This document shows positions 35,013-37,787 of a DNA stretch of 37,787 nucleotides, in pieces. The notes beneath the pieces are model-generated. The model saw only the letters and a program-made list of their open reading frames with translations, did no database searches and was not told the DNA's origin. The DNA comes from Burkholderiales bacterium (GTDB lineage Bacteria; Pseudomonadota; Gammaproteobacteria; Burkholderiales; SG8-39): the NCBI GenBank assembly GCA_020846575.1, contig JADLDQ010000320.1:1-37787 (forward strand), read 5' to 3'. Every line of letters begins with the position of its first letter. Position 1 is the stretch's first letter. The translations under genes were made by a program, and so were the position numbers.

Positions 35013-35183
35013 TCAAGGAGCCTGCGGGCTATCCGGCGAGGAGCCTGCGCCGCCAGGATCGCTCACTTGCGTGGCTGCGCCGGAGCGGCCCTTGTCCTTG
35101 TGCTTGGCCAGTAGCCGCAGCTTCTTCTTGATCTGCTGCTTGCGCCTGCGGGTGCGAAGATTGCGGTTGGTCTGTCTGCCCAT
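35013..35183 (-). CDS. Hypothetical small, highly basic protein (56 aa)
   Basis: MGRQTNRNLRTRRRKQQIKKKLRLLAKHKDKGRSGAATQVSDPGGAGSSPDSPQAP. ATG 35183 is preceded by GGAGAAAGAG with good spacing. I recognise no family, so it could be spurious. Confidence 0.35.
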   Translation of the reverse strand: MGRQTNRNLRTRRRKQQIKKKLRLLAKHKDKGRSGAATQVSDPGGAGSSPDSPQAP

Positions 35184-35424
35184 TGCTCGAATCTCTTTCT
35201 CCAGTTCCTGCCCGTGCGCCGACCCCGACCGGAGCCGTGCGCGAAGAGCCGCGCCGGCTCTTGCGGTCCGACCCCCGTCGGGCTGCGCCGCGTGGCGGCC
35301 CGTGCTCGACCGGCCTTCAGGCGGTTGAAGTGTACCGCGAGCAGCCCGCTCGCCACCGGGAACGTGATCGCCCGCAGACGCCCGCCCCGGAGGAGCGTCG
35401 GGTAGAACAATGGCAGCGCGCGTT

Positions 35425-36084
35425 CTACGACTCTTTGTCACCAGCGCTGGTTGCGCGCAGTGCCAGGCGCCGGCGAGCGAGATGTGGCTGGAGCTCAGGC
35501 AGAACTGGCTGTAGCGGCAGGCCCCGCCAGCATGGGCGAGGCTGTACTCCTCCCACAGCCGTTGCAGCGTCACGCCCCTGCGCTTGAGTTCCTGATGGAT
35601 CAGCGCGAAGTCCGGCGGGGCGTACACAGCCGCCCGCGCCGGGGCTCGCGGGAACAGCACTGCCTCCACAGAGCGGCATCATCGAGTTCCGGGGCGACAG
35701 GCCAGCTCAGGCCCGCCGCCAGCGCGCGCTGCACGTACTTGGTGACGGCCCCCTTGGATACCCTGAGCGCGGCACCGATGCGCTCGTGACTCAAATCCGC
35801 CTCGAACTTCAGGCGCAGAACATCTTTGATCTTGCGCATGGCTTTCCTCTTGGTTGGCATCGTTCGCCCGAAAAATCGGGGAGGATAGCCCGCCACAGTT
35901 GAAATCCAGCGCTGACCGGGAACTTCACTCCGGATCGTGACCGAACATTCCGGAGTAGACCCGAAATCGGTCACGTTCCTCCGGAGTCGTCGGTCACGTT
36001 CGACCGGAATGACCGGTCACGTTCGTCCGGAATCCTCGGTCACGTTCCTGCGGAAACGCCGGTCACGTTGGTCCGGAATACGCA
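35425..36084 (-). mobile_element. istA: IS21-family element, left end only: terminal repeat array plus a frameshifted, 3'-truncated istA
   Basis: From ATG 35860 it reads MPTKRKAMRKIKDVLRLKFEADLSHERIGAALRVSKGAVTKYVQRALAAGLSWP (IstA HTH). A frame change then gives YAPPDFALIHQELKRRGVTLQRLWEEYSLAHAGGACRYSQFC, and a second frame change gives ...LRATSAGDKES, after which similarity ends near 35425. The outer terminus is inferred at 36084 (reverse strand begins TGCGTATTCCGGACC). Confidence 0.8.
35968..36082. repeat. Five tandem 23-bp repeats CGGTCACGTT(N3)CCGGA(N5) at the IS21 terminus
   Basis: CGGTCACGTT starts at 35968, 35991, 36014, 36037 and 36060, an exact 23-bp phase. An inverted GTGACCG lies at 35937-35943. 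The outermost unit ends 2 nt from the inferred IS end. Confidence 0.9.
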
Positions 36085-36330
36085 GAGGAAGATCACGGCG
36101 CCCTCGGCGCCGAGCGCGGGGTCGCGTCGGGCGATGGCTCGGATCTCCGAGAGCGCCTCGTCGATGCGCCTGATCGCGAGGTGCGATCCGCGCCAGCCGA
36201 AGGCTTCGCGGCGCAGGCGACTGCGAAACGCCCACTGCACTTTGTCTGCCGCCCGGGCCTTATCTGCGCCTCTGGTTTTGTCTGCGACTTTCGTCTTGCT
36301 TGCGGTTCTGGCGGTCATGGTGGCGGCCAA
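36085..36330 (-). pseudogene. 5' part of a hypothetical gene truncated by the IS21 insertion
   Basis: MAATMTARTASKTKVADKTRGADKARAADKVQWAFRSRLRREAFGWRGSHLAIRRIDEALSEIRAIARRDPALGAEGAVIFL, then the reading frame runs straight into IS21 terminal-repeat sequence. Family not recognised. Confidence 0.5.
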
Positions 36331-36395
36331 CGTCAGGGGCGGCGTATGCCCGGCTGCCGCCCCTGCGGTGGCCGGGCCGGACGGCGCCGTCGCGC

Positions 36396-36693
36396 TCAGC
36401 CCTCGTTTTTGAGTACGGCCGGAAGGTCCCGGGCCCCGTGAAGGATGCGAACGATCAGCACTTCCTCGGCCGAGGGCCGGAACAGGATGAGGTACCGCTT
36501 GTGGGGGCAGCCGCGGATGCCCTCACCCAGTTCCGGGCGCGCCGCGTAACCTCAGTGGTGACAGGGCGATCTTCGCGCAGCGCTCGCGGATCTCGCGAAC
36601 GAAGGAGACCGCGCGGGACGGGTTGTCGCCGGCAATGGTGTCGCCGATTTCCTCCAGGTCCTGCTCGGCCTGGACGGTGAAGACGACCTGCAT
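36396..36693 (-). pseudogene. parE: ParE toxin gene with a +1 frameshift
   Basis: The length is 298 nt (3n+1). Frame 0 reads MQVVFTVQAEQDLEEIGDTIAGDNPSRAVSFVREIRERCAKIALSPLR and stops at TGA 36525-36523. The other frame reads YAARPELGEGIRGCPHKRYLILFRPSAEEVLIVRILHGARDLPAVLKNEG*. One extra base at about 36548-36549 (CTGAGGTTAC) joins the two halves. The start overlaps the parD stop (TGATG). Confidence 0.8.
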
Positions 36694-36962
36694 CACCTCC
36701 CGCGCCGCTTCCGCGCCATGGCCGCGTACTTGCGCTCCAGGCGCCCGAGCACTTCCTCCGCCGGCTTGCCCTTGCCGCTCGCAAGTCCCTGCCTGACCTC
36801 GCCGCGCAGCGCCTCCAGTGCGGCAGCGCGCCGCTCTTGCTCCTCTTCGAGCAGGCGCAGCGCGTCACGAACGACTTCGCTCGCGCTGGCGTAGCGTCCG
36901 CCGTCCACCTGCTGCTTGATGAACTGCTCGAAATGATCGCCGATGGCATAGCTGGAAGGCAT
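36693..36962 (-). CDS. parD: ParD-type antitoxin (ribbon-helix-helix)
   Basis: MPSSYAIGDHFEQFIKQQVDGGRYASASEVVRDALRLLEEEQERRAAALEALRGEVRQGLASG... is the classic ParD1/3/4 pattern. AGAGGA SD lies before ATG 36962. Confidence 0.85.
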   Translation of the reverse strand: MPSSYAIGDHFEQFIKQQVDGGRYASASEVVRDALRLLEEEQERRAAALEALRGEVRQGLASGKGKPAEEVLGRLERKYAAMARKRRGR

Positions 36963-36998
36963 GGCGTGAATCCTCTGAAGCTGATCGCGATATCCGAT

Positions 36999-37017
36999 AT
37001 TATCACTTGTTGATAAT
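36999..37017. promoter_or_regulatory. Inverted repeat ATTATCA-N5-TGATAAT in an AT-rich patch upstream of parD (candidate ParD operator/promoter)
   Basis: 7-5-7 inverted repeat lying 37-55 nt upstream of the parD start. It is the most AT-rich stretch in this part of the window. Confidence 0.45.
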
Positions 37018-37517
37018 CGCTCACGCCGCGCAACCGGACCCGCCGGGCAGGTCCCTCGCGCTGCCGTCGGTCTGGTTGCCCCTCGGCGCTCGTTGAATTG
37101 AACCCTTTTTGGGTCAGTGAAACGGACCCACCGAGTGCGCATCAGTTTGCGAATTGACGCCGGCGGCAAGGCCGGCGTGGGTGTTCGCTGTACTGTCTGT
37201 GAGGACGGGCTGTCTGCGCCCGAAGCGTCAGGCGCTGGCTGGTGTGGTGCCGGTCGTTGAACCGGCGGGGCTGTCGGGCAAGCTGAACAACCGCGGTGCA
37301 GGGGTTATCCACGCCCTTGTCCACGGGCGACGGAGCGGCGAATCGATATGGCCGTGCGACGGAGCCGGTGGGCAAGGGGATGGATCACCCCGGTGTTCGA
37401 AGCGCGGTCTACACGCGGGTGCGGTTTTTGGCGGCTAGGCGCGGTTTGGCGGGTGAGGCTGGTTTGGAGGCGGGCGACGGGGGCGGTGGGTCCGGGGTGC
37501 GCAGTGATGGACCGCGG

Positions 37518-37680
37518 ATGACCATCGAGGGCAAGAGCTACCGCACCAAAGACCAGGCCGAGAACTGATCCTCGTCCGCCTCGCCGAATTCTTCGCCGCC
37601 TCCCGCCCTCGCCGTACCCTCGCTTCCGCCCTCGAATTCCGAACCGGCCAATTCACACGGAATTCACGCCGCCGCTGACA
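37518..37680 (+). mobile_element. istB: Right-end remnant of a second, oppositely oriented IS21-family element (last codons of istB plus terminal sequence)
   Basis: MTIEGKSYRTKDQAEN* resembles the remembered IstB C-terminal motif (I.G.SYR.K). The preceding AVMDR (other frame) resembles the IstB ..LDRL.HH block. About 110 nt of noncoding sequence follow, ending in CA at 37679-37680, directly abutting the maturase fragment. Confidence 0.4.
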
Positions 37681-37787
37681 CCAGTGGTTGGGCGCAGTCG
37701 TGCGTGGGCACCTTGGCTACTACGGGGTGCCTATGAACGGCCCGGCGTTGCATCTGTTTCGGTTCCAGATCGGCCGGATGTGGCATC
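37679..37787 (+). pseudogene. Fragment of a group II intron reverse transcriptase/maturase (C-terminal X/maturase region), running off the window
   Basis: Absent from the ORF track because it has no stop in the window. My translation is HQWLGAVVRGHLGYYGVPMNGPALHLFRFQIGRMWH, which matches the remembered maturase block (W...V.RGH..YY.VP.N...L..FR..V...W). An in-frame TGA lies immediately upstream (37676-37678), so only a fragment is present. Confidence 0.7.

Noticed and set aside
35899-35907. The nonamer GTTGAAATC is shared between the IS21 left end and the 28337-28391 tandem repeat core
   Set aside because: It is only a 9-nt match with no flanking similarity. That is too short to argue a relationship without a genome-wide count.
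35937-36173. The 23-bp repeat array as a CRISPR array, or as a protein with VTFLR repeats (listed 78-aa ORF)
   Set aside because: The repeats are contiguous with no spacers, are only 23 bp long, sit at the terminus of an IS21 element directly upstream of istA, and no cas genes are present. The ORF is the repeat translated.

Overview
High-GC bacterial chromosomal window; I found no rRNA, tRNA or CRISPR. The gene content includes six intact and one decayed Bug/TctC-family binding-protein genes (none beside tctAB), a TRAP transporter and many redox enzymes. This fits a Burkholderiales-type betaproteobacterium, but that is inference only.

Layout, left to right:
- 1-3657: a partial LLM monooxygenase, an MFS transporter and a 1-Cys peroxiredoxin.
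- 3790-4122: a decayed, internally deleted copy of asnS.
- About 4.1-18.7 kb: an accessory-looking block of roughly 14.5 kb that ends at the intact asnS (18728-20128). It holds a Bug protein, then a ferredoxin reductase divergent from a tandem HAO-like cupin protein that is translationally coupled to a Rieske ferredoxin. Next come DctP, a fused DctQM TRAP permease, a signal-less TAXI-like protein, an M20 hydrolase, an SDR, another Bug protein and higBA. It finishes with remnants of a Bug gene, a hydantoinase-B-like gene and an IS1634-like transposase.
- 20379-26010: a minus-strand operon of AprB-like ferredoxin, AprA/SdhA-like flavoprotein, a fused MetV-MetF methylenetetrahydrofolate-reductase-like protein, a crotonase and a D-2-hydroxyacid dehydrogenase.
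- 26200-28391: divergent from that operon, a STAS protein and a single-chain RsbW-kinase / cNMP-binding / PP2C-phosphatase fusion, followed by a 4-copy 14-15 bp tandem repeat.
- 28586-34691: four Bug genes around an amidohydrolase-2 gene, then rnk.
- 35013-37787: mobile-element debris. This is an IS21 left end with five 23-bp terminal repeats and a frameshifted istA, the gene it truncated, parD with a frameshifted parE, an istB tail and a group II intron maturase fragment.

The best candidates for undescribed biology are (1) the cupin + Rieske ferredoxin + reductase module, (2) the AprAB-like / MetV-MetF operon, and (3) the kinase-cNMP-phosphatase partner-switching fusion. All functional calls rest on my own reading of the translations and on remembered family motifs; no database search was possible.
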